Source of the DNA: Actinomycetota bacterium | Lineage (GTDB): Bacteria; Actinomycetota; CALGFH01 | Direction: 5' to 3' | Assembly: GCA_040414855.1 (NCBI GenBank) | Contig: JBEDUQ010000081.1 | Span: 2,440 to 66,439 of the forward strand | Length of the DNA stretch: 64,000 bases | Shown here: one piece after another, positions 33,854 through 43,057 of the stretch | Layout: each line of letters opens with the position of its first letter | How positions within the stretch are numbered: position 1 is the first letter of the stretch | Notes under the pieces: generated by a model | Databases searched by the model: none | What the model was told of the DNA's origin: nothing | What the model saw: only the letters and a program-made list of their open reading frames with translations | Translations under genes and position numbers: made by a program

Positions 33854-36082
33854 ATGAGGTTCTCTCCGCAGGACGTCGCGCTCTGGAGCGCGAGACGCCG
33901 GTTCACGGTGATCGCCGTGTGGGTCGTGCTGTTCCTGGTCGGTGGGGTGCTGACCGGGAGATACCTGAGCGGCGCTCTGACCACCCGCGCCGACTTCACC
34001 AACAACCCCGACTCCAAGCAGGCCCAGACCCTGCTGTCGCAGCGGCTGACCGGGCCCCAGAGGTCCAACGAGGTCGTGATCGTCCGGTCGCAGACCAGCA
34101 CCGTGAGCGACCCTGCGTTCAGGGCGTACGTCGAGCGGCTCAAGGCCGAGGTCGACGGGCTGGGGCCGGGGATCGTGCAGCAGACGGTCGACCCGTACAC
34201 CGCCGGTGGCCGGTACTTCTCGACCGACAAACACGCCACGCTGATCCCGGTGACCATGGCCGGGTCGCTGGACGACGCCAACAAGAACATCACCAAGGTG
34301 TTGGACCGTACGTTGCACGGCCAGCATCCCGCCGGCTTCAACGTCTGGGTCACCGGCGAGGCGACCTCGGCCAAGGACTCCAACACGATCGCCGAGAAGG
34401 ACCTCCGTCAGGGCGAGACCATCGGCATCATCGCCGCGCTGGCCATCCTGATCGTGGTGTTCGGGACGATGGCCGCCGCGGTGGTGCCGGTCGTGCTGGC
34501 GATCATGGCCATCGTGGTGGCGCTGGGGCTGGTCTCGCTGCTCGGGCTCGCATTCCATTTGTCGTTCTTCATCACCAACATGGTCACGATGATCGGCCTG
34601 GCGGTCGGCATCGACTACTCGCTGTTCACCGTTTCCAGGTACCGGGAGGAACGCGCCCGCGGCCGTGACAAGCTGGCCGCGATCGCCGCCTCCGGCGCCA
34701 CCGCCAACCGGGCCGTGTTCTTCTCCGGGATCACCGTGGTCCTGGCCCTTGCGGGGATGCTGCTGAACCCGACGACGATCTTCCGGAGCATCGCCGCCGG
34801 CGCGATCATCGTGGTGCTGGTCGCGGTGTCGGCCTCGCTCACGCTGCTGCCCGCGCTGCTCTCGGTCATGGGCGACAAGGTGAACGCGCTCCGCGTCCCG
34901 GTCCTGTTCCGCCGCCGCCAGGCCGACATCGAGCACACCCACGGCTTCTGGGCCCAGGTGGCCCGGCGGGTCATGGGCCGGCCGGTGGTGAGCCTGGTGC
35001 TCGCCGTCGGGATTCTCGTCGTGCTGGCCATTCCGCTGTTCGGCATCAGGACCGGGTTCTCGGGAATCAGCACCTTCCCGAACAACGTCCAGTCCAAGCA
35101 GGGGTTCGAGGTGCTGTCTCGAGACTTCTCAGGCGGGCTGACCTCTCCGGCGCAGATCGTCGTCGACGGCAACGTCCGCTCCCCGGCGGTCAGCGCGGCC
35201 ATCTCGAGGCTGCAGGCCGACCTCAAGACCGACCACGCCTTCGGTCCGAGCACCGTCCAGAGCAACCGCGCGGGCAACCTGGCCCTGGTGTCGGTCCCGG
35301 TCAACGGCGACCCGAGCGGCGAGGCGGCCACCAACGCCGTCCGCCACCTCCGCAAGGCGATCGTCCCGGCGGCCTTTGCCGGGGTGGACGCGAACGTCAA
35401 GGTTGGCGGCCAGACCGCGGGCGGGATCGACTTCTTCGACCTGACCCACTTCTACACGCCGTTCGCGATCGGATTCGTGCTCACCCTCTCGTTCCTGCTG
35501 CTCATGGTGGTGTTCCGATCCGTGGTGCTGCCGGCGCTGGGCGTCGCGCTGAACCTGCTGTCGGCCGGCGCGGCGTACGGGCTGCTGGTGTGGGTGTTCC
35601 AGCACGGACACGGCGCGGGAGTGTTCGGCTTCCAACAGGTGCAGACCATCGAAGCCTGGCTGCCGCTGTTCCTGTTCTCGGTGCTGTTCGGCCTGTCCAT
35701 GGACTACCAGGTGTTCCTGCTCAGCCGCATCCACGAGCGCTACGGCCACACGCATGACAACCGCGACGCGGTCGCGTTCGGACTACGCACCACCGGCGGA
35801 ATCATCACCGGCGCGGCGGTGATCATGGTGGCCGTGTTCTCCGGGTTCGCGGCCGGCAAGCTGCCGGCGCTCCAGCAAATGGGCTTCGGCCTGGCGGTGG
35901 CGGTGCTGATCGACGCCACGCTGGTGCGCTCGGTCCTGGTCCCGGCGGCCATGCGCCTGCTCGGCAAGTGGAACTGGTACCTCCCGAGCTGGCTGGAATG
36001 GCTCCCGCAGTTCCGCATCGAGGGTGCCGCCCCGACGCCCGCCCCGGCCGAGCCGGAGCGCGAGCCGGCGGCGGTGCGGTAG
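33854..36082 (+). CDS. MMPL family (RND superfamily) transporter
   Basis: 742 aa. AVGIDYSLFTVSRYREER and LSMDYQVFLLSRIHERY motifs; 12 predicted TMs in two bundles. Confidence 0.93.
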   Translation: MRFSPQDVALWSARRRFTVIAVWVVLFLVGGVLTGRYLSGALTTRADFTNNPDSKQAQTLLSQRLTGPQRSNEVVIVRSQTSTVSDPAFRAYVERLKAEVDGLGPGIVQQTVDPYTAGGRYFSTDKHATLIPVTMAGSLDDANKNITKVLDRTLHGQHPAGFNVWVTGEATSAKDSNTIAEKDLRQGETIGIIAALAILIVVFGTMAAAVVPVVLAIMAIVVALGLVSLLGLAFHLSFFITNMVTMIGLAVGIDYSLFTVSRYREERARGRDKLAAIAASGATANRAVFFSGITVVLALAGMLLNPTTIFRSIAAGAIIVVLVAVSASLTLLPALLSVMGDKVNALRVPVLFRRRQADIEHTHGFWAQVARRVMGRPVVSLVLAVGILVVLAIPLFGIRTGFSGISTFPNNVQSKQGFEVLSRDFSGGLTSPAQIVVDGNVRSPAVSAAISRLQADLKTDHAFGPSTVQSNRAGNLALVSVPVNGDPSGEAATNAVRHLRKAIVPAAFAGVDANVKVGGQTAGGIDFFDLTHFYTPFAIGFVLTLSFLLLMVVFRSVVLPALGVALNLLSAGAAYGLLVWVFQHGHGAGVFGFQQVQTIEAWLPLFLFSVLFGLSMDYQVFLLSRIHERYGHTHDNRDAVAFGLRTTGGIITGAAVIMVAVFSGFAAGKLPALQQMGFGLAVAVLIDATLVRSVLVPAAMRLLGKWNWYLPSWLEWLPQFRIEGAAPTPAPAEPEREPAAVR

Positions 36083-36135
36083 CCCACGGGGCGGGTCAGG
36101 CGAGCGGTGGGCCGGGTCGCCCCTGGCAGGGTGAG

Positions 36136-36987
36136 TCATGCCGGCGGCGGGCCGGCGCGGACCCGGGCCATGGCCACCGAGGGCGGGCCGTGGAACCAGC
36201 CGAGCTTCTCCACCCACCAGGTCATGCCGGCGGCCTGGAGGGCGGCGACCCGGTCCGCGTCGGCGACGCGGTCGCGCCCGCCGCTGTGCCCCTCGACCAC
36301 GACCTCGATTGGACCGAGGCCCTCCGGCCGGTGCTCCAGGGTGTAGCGGACGATCTCGCTGAGCTGCTCCGCGGTCATGGTGGCGGCGTGGCCGACCTCG
36401 GCGTGGGTCGGGATCACGCCGTCCCAGCGGGCGGCGCGCCGGAACGGCGGCCGGCTCGGCCACCGCCCCGCCACCCACACCGGGATCCTCGGGACCTGGA
36501 CCGGCCTCGGCAGGAAGCGCTGCTCCGCGACCGCGTAGTGCCGGCCGGCGTGGGCGAACGGCTCGCCCGACCAGAGGCCGGCGAGGACCTCCAGCCCCTC
36601 GTCGAGCTTCTCGGCGCGCACCCTGGCGTCGCCGTCCTCGCCGAAGGCCTCGTACTCCTCCACCGCCTGCGACCCGAGCCCGGCGCCGACGATCAGCCGC
36701 CCGCCGCAGAGCACGTCCAGGGTGGCGGTCTCGCGCGCGAGCTTCCACGGCCGCCGCCGCGGCACCGCGTTGGCGATCACGCCGACGCGAACGCGCTCGG
36801 TGGCCATGGCGATGGCGGTGACCGCGACGGTCGGGTCGGCGACCGGCCAGCCGCGCTCGCGGTAGGCGACGTGGTCCCAGACCAGCACGCCGTCCCAGCC
36901 CGCCCGCTCGGCCTCGACGCCCAGCCGGACCAGCAGGCCGGGGTCGCCGTAGTCGCCGACGTTCGGGATCCCCACCGCGTAACGCAT
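36136..36987 (-). CDS. LLM-class (luciferase-like) flavin/F420-dependent oxidoreductase
   Basis: In ORF 36136..37080. ATG at 36987 gives MRYAVGIPNVGDYGDP. RRRPWKLARETATLDVLCGGRLIVGAGLG is typical of LLM proteins. Confidence 0.85.
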   Translation of the reverse strand: MRYAVGIPNVGDYGDPGLLVRLGVEAERAGWDGVLVWDHVAYRERGWPVADPTVAVTAIAMATERVRVGVIANAVPRRRPWKLARETATLDVLCGGRLIVGAGLGSQAVEEYEAFGEDGDARVRAEKLDEGLEVLAGLWSGEPFAHAGRHYAVAEQRFLPRPVQVPRIPVWVAGRWPSRPPFRRAARWDGVIPTHAEVGHAATMTAEQLSEIVRYTLEHRPEGLGPIEVVVEGHSGGRDRVADADRVAALQAAGMTWWVEKLGWFHGPPSVAMARVRAGPPPA

Positions 36988-37000
36988 CTCGACCGGGAGC

Positions 37001-38587
37001 CTACACGCGCCGGCGCAGCGCCTTCCGGTCGACCTTGCCGACTGGGGTGAGCGGGAGGTCGTCGAGCAGGTGGACCTCACGCGGGTACTTGTAGGCCGAC
37101 AGGCGCGAGCGCGCGAAGCCGATCAGCTCGTCGCCGGTCGCGCGGGAGCCCGGCCGCAGCGACACGAAGGCGACCACCTCCTCGCCGTGGACCGGGTCGG
37201 CTCGCCCGACCACCCCGGCCATCGCCACCGCCGGGTGCCCGACCAGGGCCTCCTCGACGTCGCGCGGGAACACGTTGAAGCCGCCGCGGATGATCAGGTC
37301 CTTCTTGCGGTCGACCACCCACAGGTAGCCGTCCTCGTCGAGCCGGCCGATGTCGCCGGTGTGGAGCCAGCCGTCGCGCAGCGTCTCGGCGGTGACCTCG
37401 GGCGAGTTCCAGTAGCCGAGCATCACGCCCGGGGCGCGGACGCAGATCTCGCCGCGCTCGCCGAGCGGCACCTCACGGTCCTGCTCGTCGAGGATGCGCA
37501 CCTCGTAGTTGGGCAGCGGCAGCCCGACCGAGCCGAGCTTGCGCCGACCGGGCGGCGTGCTCGAGATCACCGAGCCGGACTCGGTGCAGCCGTAGCCCTC
37601 TCGGACCTCCAGGCCGGGCAGGCGCCGCTCGATCTCTCGGGCGGCCTCCGGCGGCATCGGTGCCGCGCCGCAGACCAGGTAGCGCAGCGACGACAGGTCG
37701 TGCTCCTCCAAGGGCTGGGTGAGCAGCAGTTGCAGCATCGACGGCACCACCACGCCGGACTGCACCCGGTGCGCCCGCACCTGCTCGAGGAAGCCGCCCG
37801 GGTCGAACCAGCGCTGGAGCACCGAGACGTTGGGCTCGTCGCCGTGCATGCCGACGATGGTCACGATCAGCCCGAAGGCGTGCGACAGCGGCAGCGGGAT
37901 GATGTGCCGGTTGACGCCGCTGATCCGCGACGCCTGCTGGGAGGACCTGCCACAGCGCCAGAGGTTCTCGTGCGAGAGCATGACGCCCTTGGCGCGTCCG
38001 GTGGTGCCGCCCGTGTAGAGCAGCGCGGCGAGGTCGCGGTCGTCGCGCTCGACGATCTCGATCGGCTCCGAAGCCTCCAGCGACGCCAGCGGCAGCACCC
38101 GGCGCGGGCCCTCGGCGCCGCCCGGGCCGCCCGCAACGCCGGCGTCGCCCGGACCGCCCGGGCCGCCGTTCGCGTCCGGCGCCGCGCCGGTCGAGATCAC
38201 CCAGCGGAGCGACTCGAGCCCCTCGGCGGCCGCCAGTACGATGCCGAGCAGCTCCGGGGCGGTGATGATCGCGGTCGCGCCCGAGTGCTCGAGCAGGTAG
38301 CGCAGCTCCGGCGGCGGCAGCAGGAAGATCACCGGCGTGATCGCCGCGCCGGCGCGCCACAGCGCGGCATAGCTGACGCCGACCTCCGGGCAGTTGGGCA
38401 GCATCACCGCCACCCGGTCCCCCGGCCGGATCCCCAGCCCCACCAGTCCACCCGCCAGCCGCCGTCCCCGCTCGAACAGGTCGCCCGACCGGTGCCAGCG
38501 GCCGTCGAACCACAGCGACTCGTAGTCGCCGTGGCGCTCGAAGGACCGCTGGCCGAGGCGGGCGAGATTGTGCTCCATCCGCACCAT
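37001..38587 (-). CDS. AMP-dependent acyl-CoA synthetase/ligase (ANL superfamily)
   Basis: ORF 37001..38638. AMP-binding motif LLYTGGTTGRAKGVMLSH, GYGCTE, TGDIGRLDEDGYLWVVDRKKD, and a C-terminal K in PVGKVDRK. ATG at 38587 follows GGGAGGA; the alternative start is 38638. Confidence 0.92.
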   Translation of the reverse strand: MVRMEHNLARLGQRSFERHGDYESLWFDGRWHRSGDLFERGRRLAGGLVGLGIRPGDRVAVMLPNCPEVGVSYAALWRAGAAITPVIFLLPPPELRYLLEHSGATAIITAPELLGIVLAAAEGLESLRWVISTGAAPDANGGPGGPGDAGVAGGPGGAEGPRRVLPLASLEASEPIEIVERDDRDLAALLYTGGTTGRAKGVMLSHENLWRCGRSSQQASRISGVNRHIIPLPLSHAFGLIVTIVGMHGDEPNVSVLQRWFDPGGFLEQVRAHRVQSGVVVPSMLQLLLTQPLEEHDLSSLRYLVCGAAPMPPEAAREIERRLPGLEVREGYGCTESGSVISSTPPGRRKLGSVGLPLPNYEVRILDEQDREVPLGERGEICVRAPGVMLGYWNSPEVTAETLRDGWLHTGDIGRLDEDGYLWVVDRKKDLIIRGGFNVFPRDVEEALVGHPAVAMAGVVGRADPVHGEEVVAFVSLRPGSRATGDELIGFARSRLSAYKYPREVHLLDDLPLTPVGKVDRKALRRRV

Positions 38588-38698
38588 GGCATCCTCCCGG
38601 TTCAGCTCATAATCCCCCAGCTCCGGCATCTTGGCCATAGGCGCCGATAGCGCGATGCTGGCGCGAAACGCTTCGGGACAAAACGGTAAGCTACGTAC

Positions 38699-39934
38699 AT
38701 GACGAAAACTCTCTTCCAGGGTGGCCGTCTGTTCGACGGCACCGGGTCACCGCTCGCCGACGCCGACGTGGTGATCGAGGACGGGCGGATCGCCGAGGTC
38801 GGCACCGGCCTCGACGCCGACGAGGCGGTCGACGTCGCCGGTTGTGCGCTGCTGCCGGGCCTCTTCGACTGCCATGTCCACGTGGTGGTCTCGACCATCG
38901 ACCTGCTCGCCGACCTCCAGCAGCCGTTCAGCTACCAGTTCTTCGCCGCCGCCAGGAACCTGGCGCGGACCCTGGACCGCGGCATCACCACCGTCCGTGA
39001 CGCCGGCGGCGCCGACCTCGGCATCAAGCAGGCGGTCGAGGACGGGCTCATCGACGGGCCGAGGATGCGGATCGCCATCTCGGTGCTGGGCCAGACCGGC
39101 GGGCACACCGACGGCTGGATGCCGAGCGGCCAGACCGTGAAGCTGTTCACGTCCCACCCGGGCATGCCGGCCGGGATCGTCGACGGCGTCGACGAGATGC
39201 GTCGCAAGGTCCGCGAGCTGCGGAGGGCCGGCGCCGACGTGATCAAGGTCTGCACCTCCGGCGGCGTGCTCTCGCCACGCGACAACCCCAGGCACGCGCA
39301 CTTCAACATGGAGGAGCTGGTCGCCTGCGTCGCCGAGGCGCGGGCCGGCGGCATCGAGGTGATGGCCCACGCCCAGGCGACCGACGGCATCAAGAACGCC
39401 ATCCGCGCCGGCATCCGCTCGATCGAGCACGGCATCTACCTCGACGACGAGGCGATCTCGATGATGCTGGAGGCGGGCACCTGGCTGGTGCCGACGCTGG
39501 TGGCGCCGCTCGGCGTGCTCGAGGCCGCGGACGCCGGGGCGGCCCTGTCGGAGGCCGCGATCCGCAAGGCCCGCGAGGTGGTCGAGATCCACAAGGACTC
39601 GTTCCGGCGGGCGGTCGCCGCGGGCGTGAAGATCGCCATGGGCACCGACAGCGGCGTGACCGCGCACGGACGGAACCTCCGCGAGCTGCCGCTGATGGCC
39701 GAGGGCGGCATGAAACCCGAGGACGTGCTGGTGGCGACCACCGCGTCAGCGGCCGAGCTGCTCGGGGTCGACGGCGAGCTCGGCACCATCGAGCCCGGCA
39801 AGCGCGCCGACCTGGTGGTGGTCGACGGCGACCCCTACGACTTCGCCAACCTTCCCGATGCGATCCGCGAGGTCTGGAAGGACGGCGTGCGCGTCCGCCG
39901 CCAAGGCCAAGACGCTCACTTGGCGTCGGCGTAG
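38699..39934 (+). CDS. Amidohydrolase family metallo-dependent hydrolase
   Basis: 411 aa. N-terminal GRLFDGTG...VVIEDGRIAEVG...LLPGLFDCHVHV (HxH), then later AHAQA, IEHG and MGTDSG motifs. Confidence 0.9.
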   Translation: MTKTLFQGGRLFDGTGSPLADADVVIEDGRIAEVGTGLDADEAVDVAGCALLPGLFDCHVHVVVSTIDLLADLQQPFSYQFFAAARNLARTLDRGITTVRDAGGADLGIKQAVEDGLIDGPRMRIAISVLGQTGGHTDGWMPSGQTVKLFTSHPGMPAGIVDGVDEMRRKVRELRRAGADVIKVCTSGGVLSPRDNPRHAHFNMEELVACVAEARAGGIEVMAHAQATDGIKNAIRAGIRSIEHGIYLDDEAISMMLEAGTWLVPTLVAPLGVLEAADAGAALSEAAIRKAREVVEIHKDSFRRAVAAGVKIAMGTDSGVTAHGRNLRELPLMAEGGMKPEDVLVATTASAAELLGVDGELGTIEPGKRADLVVVDGDPYDFANLPDAIREVWKDGVRVRRQGQDAHLASA

Positions 39935-41613
39935 CACGACACCACCGCGCTCTCCAGCGGGAAGCGCACGGGGGTGTCGCCGAACACCAGCCGGCCGGCC
40001 TCGTCGGCGGCCTCGCCGACCGCCTCGACGACCTCGGGCGCGTCGGCGACCGGGCAGTCCACGACCACCTCGTCGTGCTGGAACAGCACCAGCTGCGCGT
40101 CGCCGCCGGCGCGGTCGAGGCGGCGGCGCAGGGCGGCGAGCATCGCCAGCGCCCAGTCGGCGGCGCTCGCCTGCACCACGAAGTTGCGGGTGAAGCGGCC
40201 ACGGTCGCGTGCGCCGCGGCGCGCCAGGCGGACCTCCTCGCGCTCGTCCTCGTCGCCGGCGTCGGGCGCGCGGCCGATCGCGGCGGTGCGCTCGCGCCAG
40301 GCCGCCGACGGCGGCGGGCAGGTCCGTCCGAGCCGCGACCGGACCAGCCGGCCCTCCTCCCCGGCGCGCGCGGCGGCCTCGACGTAGCCGACCGCGTCGG
40401 GGAAGCGGCGCCGCAGCACGCCGATGAGCTGGCCGCCCTCGCCGCTGGTCTGCCCGTACATGGCCGCGAGCAGCGCCACCTTGGCGCGGGGGCGGTCGCC
40501 CTGGAAGGCCGCGGCGGCGAGGCCGCCGTAGAGGTCGCCGCCGCTCGCCGCCCGCGCCAGGCCCTGGTCACCGGAGAGCGCGGCCAGCACTCGCGGCTCG
40601 AGCTGGGCGGCGTCGGCGACCACCAGCGCCCTGCCCGGGTCGGCGACCGCCGCCCGCCGCACCGCGTGCGGGATCTGGAGGGCGCCGCCGCCCCTGGTCG
40701 CCCAGCGGCCGGAGACCACCCCGCCAGGCACGTACTCGGCCCGCATGCGGCCGTCGCGCACCCAGGCGTCCAGCCACGACCAGCCGTAGGCGCTGTAGAG
40801 CCGCGACAGCTCCTTGTACTCGAACAGCAGCGGAACGGCGGGATGCCGGATCTCGCGGAGGACGTGCATGCGGGTCGACGGCACGGTGATGCCCGCGCTG
40901 GCGAAGGCGCGGACGACCTGGGCGGGCGAGTCGGGGTTGACCTGCTCGCCGAAGGCCTCGGCGATCCGCTCGGTCAGCTCGCGGAGCTTGCGCGGCGGAA
41001 TCCCCGGCGCCGGCCTCGGGCCCAGCAGCTCGGTCAGCAGGCGGTCGTGGACGTCCGGTCGCCACGGCATGCCCGCCTCGCCCATCTCGACCGCGGCCAG
41101 CGCGCCGGCCGACTCGGCGGCGACCAGCAGGCGCATGCGCTCGGGGTGCTCGGTGGCGGCGATCCGCCGCTGCTGGTCGGCGAGCACCTCGCCGGCCGCG
41201 GCCAGTAGCTCCTCGCCCTCGAGGACGCCGGGACGGTACAGCTCGAACAGGGCCGGCTGGCGGGCCGGCGCCGGCTCGACGTCGTCGGGAACCGGCAGCC
41301 CGTGCAGCCGCGCCGAGGCCGCGGCCAGCGACTTCGGCTCGCCCCAGCGGCCCTCGTAGGCCAGCAGGATCCCCTCGGTGAGGGCGAGGTCGTGACAGCG
41401 AGCGACCCTGGCGCCGGCGCGCAGCAGGGCGGGATAGGTCGCGGCGGTCGACGCCCACAGCCACCTCGGCCGCTCGGCCAGCTCGCGCTCGCGCACCGCG
41501 GCCGCGGGTTCGTCCAGCCGCTCGACCGGCCCGACGGGGATGCCGTCGTCGCCGAGCGGCCGCAAAAGCCCCCTGCCCTCGCCGTCGACCATCAATCCGA
41601 TCCGCACCGGCAA
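39916..41613 (-). CDS. Stand-alone family-A DNA polymerase (PolA-like palm/fingers/thumb, degenerate 3'-5' exonuclease-like N-terminus, no 5' nuclease domain)
   Basis: 565 aa. Motif A VVADAAQLEPRVLAALSGD (cf. DYSQIELR). Motif B RPRAKVALLAAMYGQTSG (cf. RxxAKxxNFGxxYG). Motif C LVLFQHDEVVVD (cf. QVHDE). The N-terminal ~200 aa lack clear DEDD residues. Start is uncertain (TTG 41613, GTG 41607 or ATG 41592). Confidence 0.85.
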   Translation of the reverse strand: MPVRIGLMVDGEGRGLLRPLGDDGIPVGPVERLDEPAAAVRERELAERPRWLWASTAATYPALLRAGARVARCHDLALTEGILLAYEGRWGEPKSLAAASARLHGLPVPDDVEPAPARQPALFELYRPGVLEGEELLAAAGEVLADQQRRIAATEHPERMRLLVAAESAGALAAVEMGEAGMPWRPDVHDRLLTELLGPRPAPGIPPRKLRELTERIAEAFGEQVNPDSPAQVVRAFASAGITVPSTRMHVLREIRHPAVPLLFEYKELSRLYSAYGWSWLDAWVRDGRMRAEYVPGGVVSGRWATRGGGALQIPHAVRRAAVADPGRALVVADAAQLEPRVLAALSGDQGLARAASGGDLYGGLAAAAFQGDRPRAKVALLAAMYGQTSGEGGQLIGVLRRRFPDAVGYVEAAARAGEEGRLVRSRLGRTCPPPSAAWRERTAAIGRAPDAGDEDEREEVRLARRGARDRGRFTRNFVVQASAADWALAMLAALRRRLDRAGGDAQLVLFQHDEVVVDCPVADAPEVVEAVGEAADEAGRLVFGDTPVRFPLESAVVSCYADAK

Positions 41614-41675
41614 ATTGTGCCGCCGCGGGCCGACACTGGCCGCTGCCCCACGAGTTGACGGGAGGAATCTGGCAT

Positions 41676-42290
41676 ATGGACCGATGGCTGGAGCTGGCGG
41701 ACTGGCGCGAGCGGGTCATCCGCCTCTACCTGGCCGAGCCGCGCCGGGGCGAAGAGGGCGCCGCCGCCTTCCGTCGCGGCCGCGACCTGCTGTTCGCGAA
41801 GCACCCGCAGTCGCCGCTCGGCCCGGCGCAGCGCGAGGCCTTCGAAGGCCTGCCGTGGTTCCCGTATACCGAGGCGGCGAGGTTCGAGACCCGGCTGGAC
41901 CCGGTCGAGCCAGGCGAGGACCTGGAGATCGACACCGGCGGCGAGGACGGGGTGGTGCGCTACCGGCGCGTCGGCCGGCTGGCGACGCGGTTCGGGGACC
42001 TGACCCTGCTCTGGACGCTCGGCTACGGTGGCGGGCTGTTCCTGCCCTTCAGGGACGCGACCGCCGGCGACCGGACCTACGGCGCCGGCCGCTACTTGAC
42101 CGACACCGTCAAGGGCACCTTCGGCCGCGGCGTCGAGGTCGACGGCGGGGTGGTCACGCTCGACTTCAACTACGCCTACAACCCCTCGTGCGCCTACGAC
42201 TCGCGCTGGGCGTGCCCGCTGGCGCCGTTCGAGAACCGGCTGGACGAGAGGGTCGAGGCGGGCGAGCTGGCGTTCCCAGGCGCGGTCTGA
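41676..42290 (+). CDS. DUF1684 domain-containing protein
   Basis: In ORF 41655..42290. ATG at 41676 follows GGAGGA. C-terminal LDFNYAYNPSCAYDSRWACPLAPFENRL is the DUF1684 signature. Confidence 0.85.
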   Translation: MDRWLELADWRERVIRLYLAEPRRGEEGAAAFRRGRDLLFAKHPQSPLGPAQREAFEGLPWFPYTEAARFETRLDPVEPGEDLEIDTGGEDGVVRYRRVGRLATRFGDLTLLWTLGYGGGLFLPFRDATAGDRTYGAGRYLTDTVKGTFGRGVEVDGGVVTLDFNYAYNPSCAYDSRWACPLAPFENRLDERVEAGELAFPGAV

Positions 42291-42399
42291 CCGCGCGACC
42301 CCAGCCTGGAGCCTCCGCCGTCGGCCGCGCGACCCCAGCCTGGAGCCTCCGCCGTCGGCCGCGCGGCCGCTGCCTGTTGCCTCCGCCGTCGGCCGCGCG
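42291..42399. repeat. 34-bp tandem repeat, 3.2 copies (CCGCGCGACCCCAGCCTGGAGCCTCCGCCGTCGG), filling a convergent intergenic region
   Basis: Units 42291-42324 and 42325-42358 are identical. Unit 42359-42392 matches 29/34. A partial fourth unit follows. The repeat begins immediately after the TGA at 42288-42290. Confidence 0.9.
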
Positions 42400-42409
42400 C
42401 CGGCCAAGT

Positions 42410-42892
42410 TCAGCCGAACACGACCGCGCCGAGCCAGGTGCCGGCGACCAGCAGCCCGGCGAACAGCTCGATCAGGATCGACAGGCCGGCCGCCTTGAGC
42501 GCGTGGACGGTGGAGGGCCAGGCCTCGGCATGGCCTGGCAGCCGCAGCCGCTCCGCGAGGTAGACCCCGGCCACGAAGCCCAGCACCCCGCCGACCACCG
42601 GGATCGCGAAGAACCCGAAAATCGCCAGCACGCCACCGGCGAGCAGGCTGCTCGCCGGCACCCCGGCCGCGCGCATGCGCCTGGAGGGGACCAGGTACTT
42701 GACCACCTCGCCGGCCACCACCAGCGCCGTGGCCACCCCGAGCACCACCCAGGCCAGCGCGGTGCGCTCGAACAGCGCCCAGACCAGCACCGCGCCCCAC
42801 ACCAGCAGCAGCCCGGGCAGCGCGGGCACGATCACCCCGAGCAGTCCGACGAAGATCGCGAGCCCGACGAGGACGAGGCCGGTGGTCTGCAT
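42410..42892 (-). CDS. DUF456 domain membrane protein
   Basis: C-terminal 160 aa of ORF 42410..43288. MQTTGLVLVGLAIFVGLLGVIVPALPGLLLVWGAVLVWAL; 4 hydrophobic segments typical of DUF456. Confidence 0.8.
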   Translation of the reverse strand: MQTTGLVLVGLAIFVGLLGVIVPALPGLLLVWGAVLVWALFERTALAWVVLGVATALVVAGEVVKYLVPSRRMRAAGVPASSLLAGGVLAIFGFFAIPVVGGVLGFVAGVYLAERLRLPGHAEAWPSTVHALKAAGLSILIELFAGLLVAGTWLGAVVFG

Positions 42893-43057
42893 GTGGACGA
42901 TTCTGCACCATGCGCCCGCCGCCGTACGACCCCGCGAACCGGCCGGGCGAACCTGAGCGTGAGCGCGGCGACCGCCCCCGCGAGCAGATAGAGAGAGCGT
43001 GGTTGTTGCCTGGATCCGCTCGGGGCGCACTATGGTGGTCCGTCGAGAGGAGGCAGG

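Noticed and set aside
7006-42399. Possible relationship between the 22-bp repeat (7006) and the 34-bp repeat (42291) through a shared GGAGCCTCC core.
   Set aside because: Only a 9-mer is shared (in opposite orientation). That is insufficient to call a dispersed repeat family.
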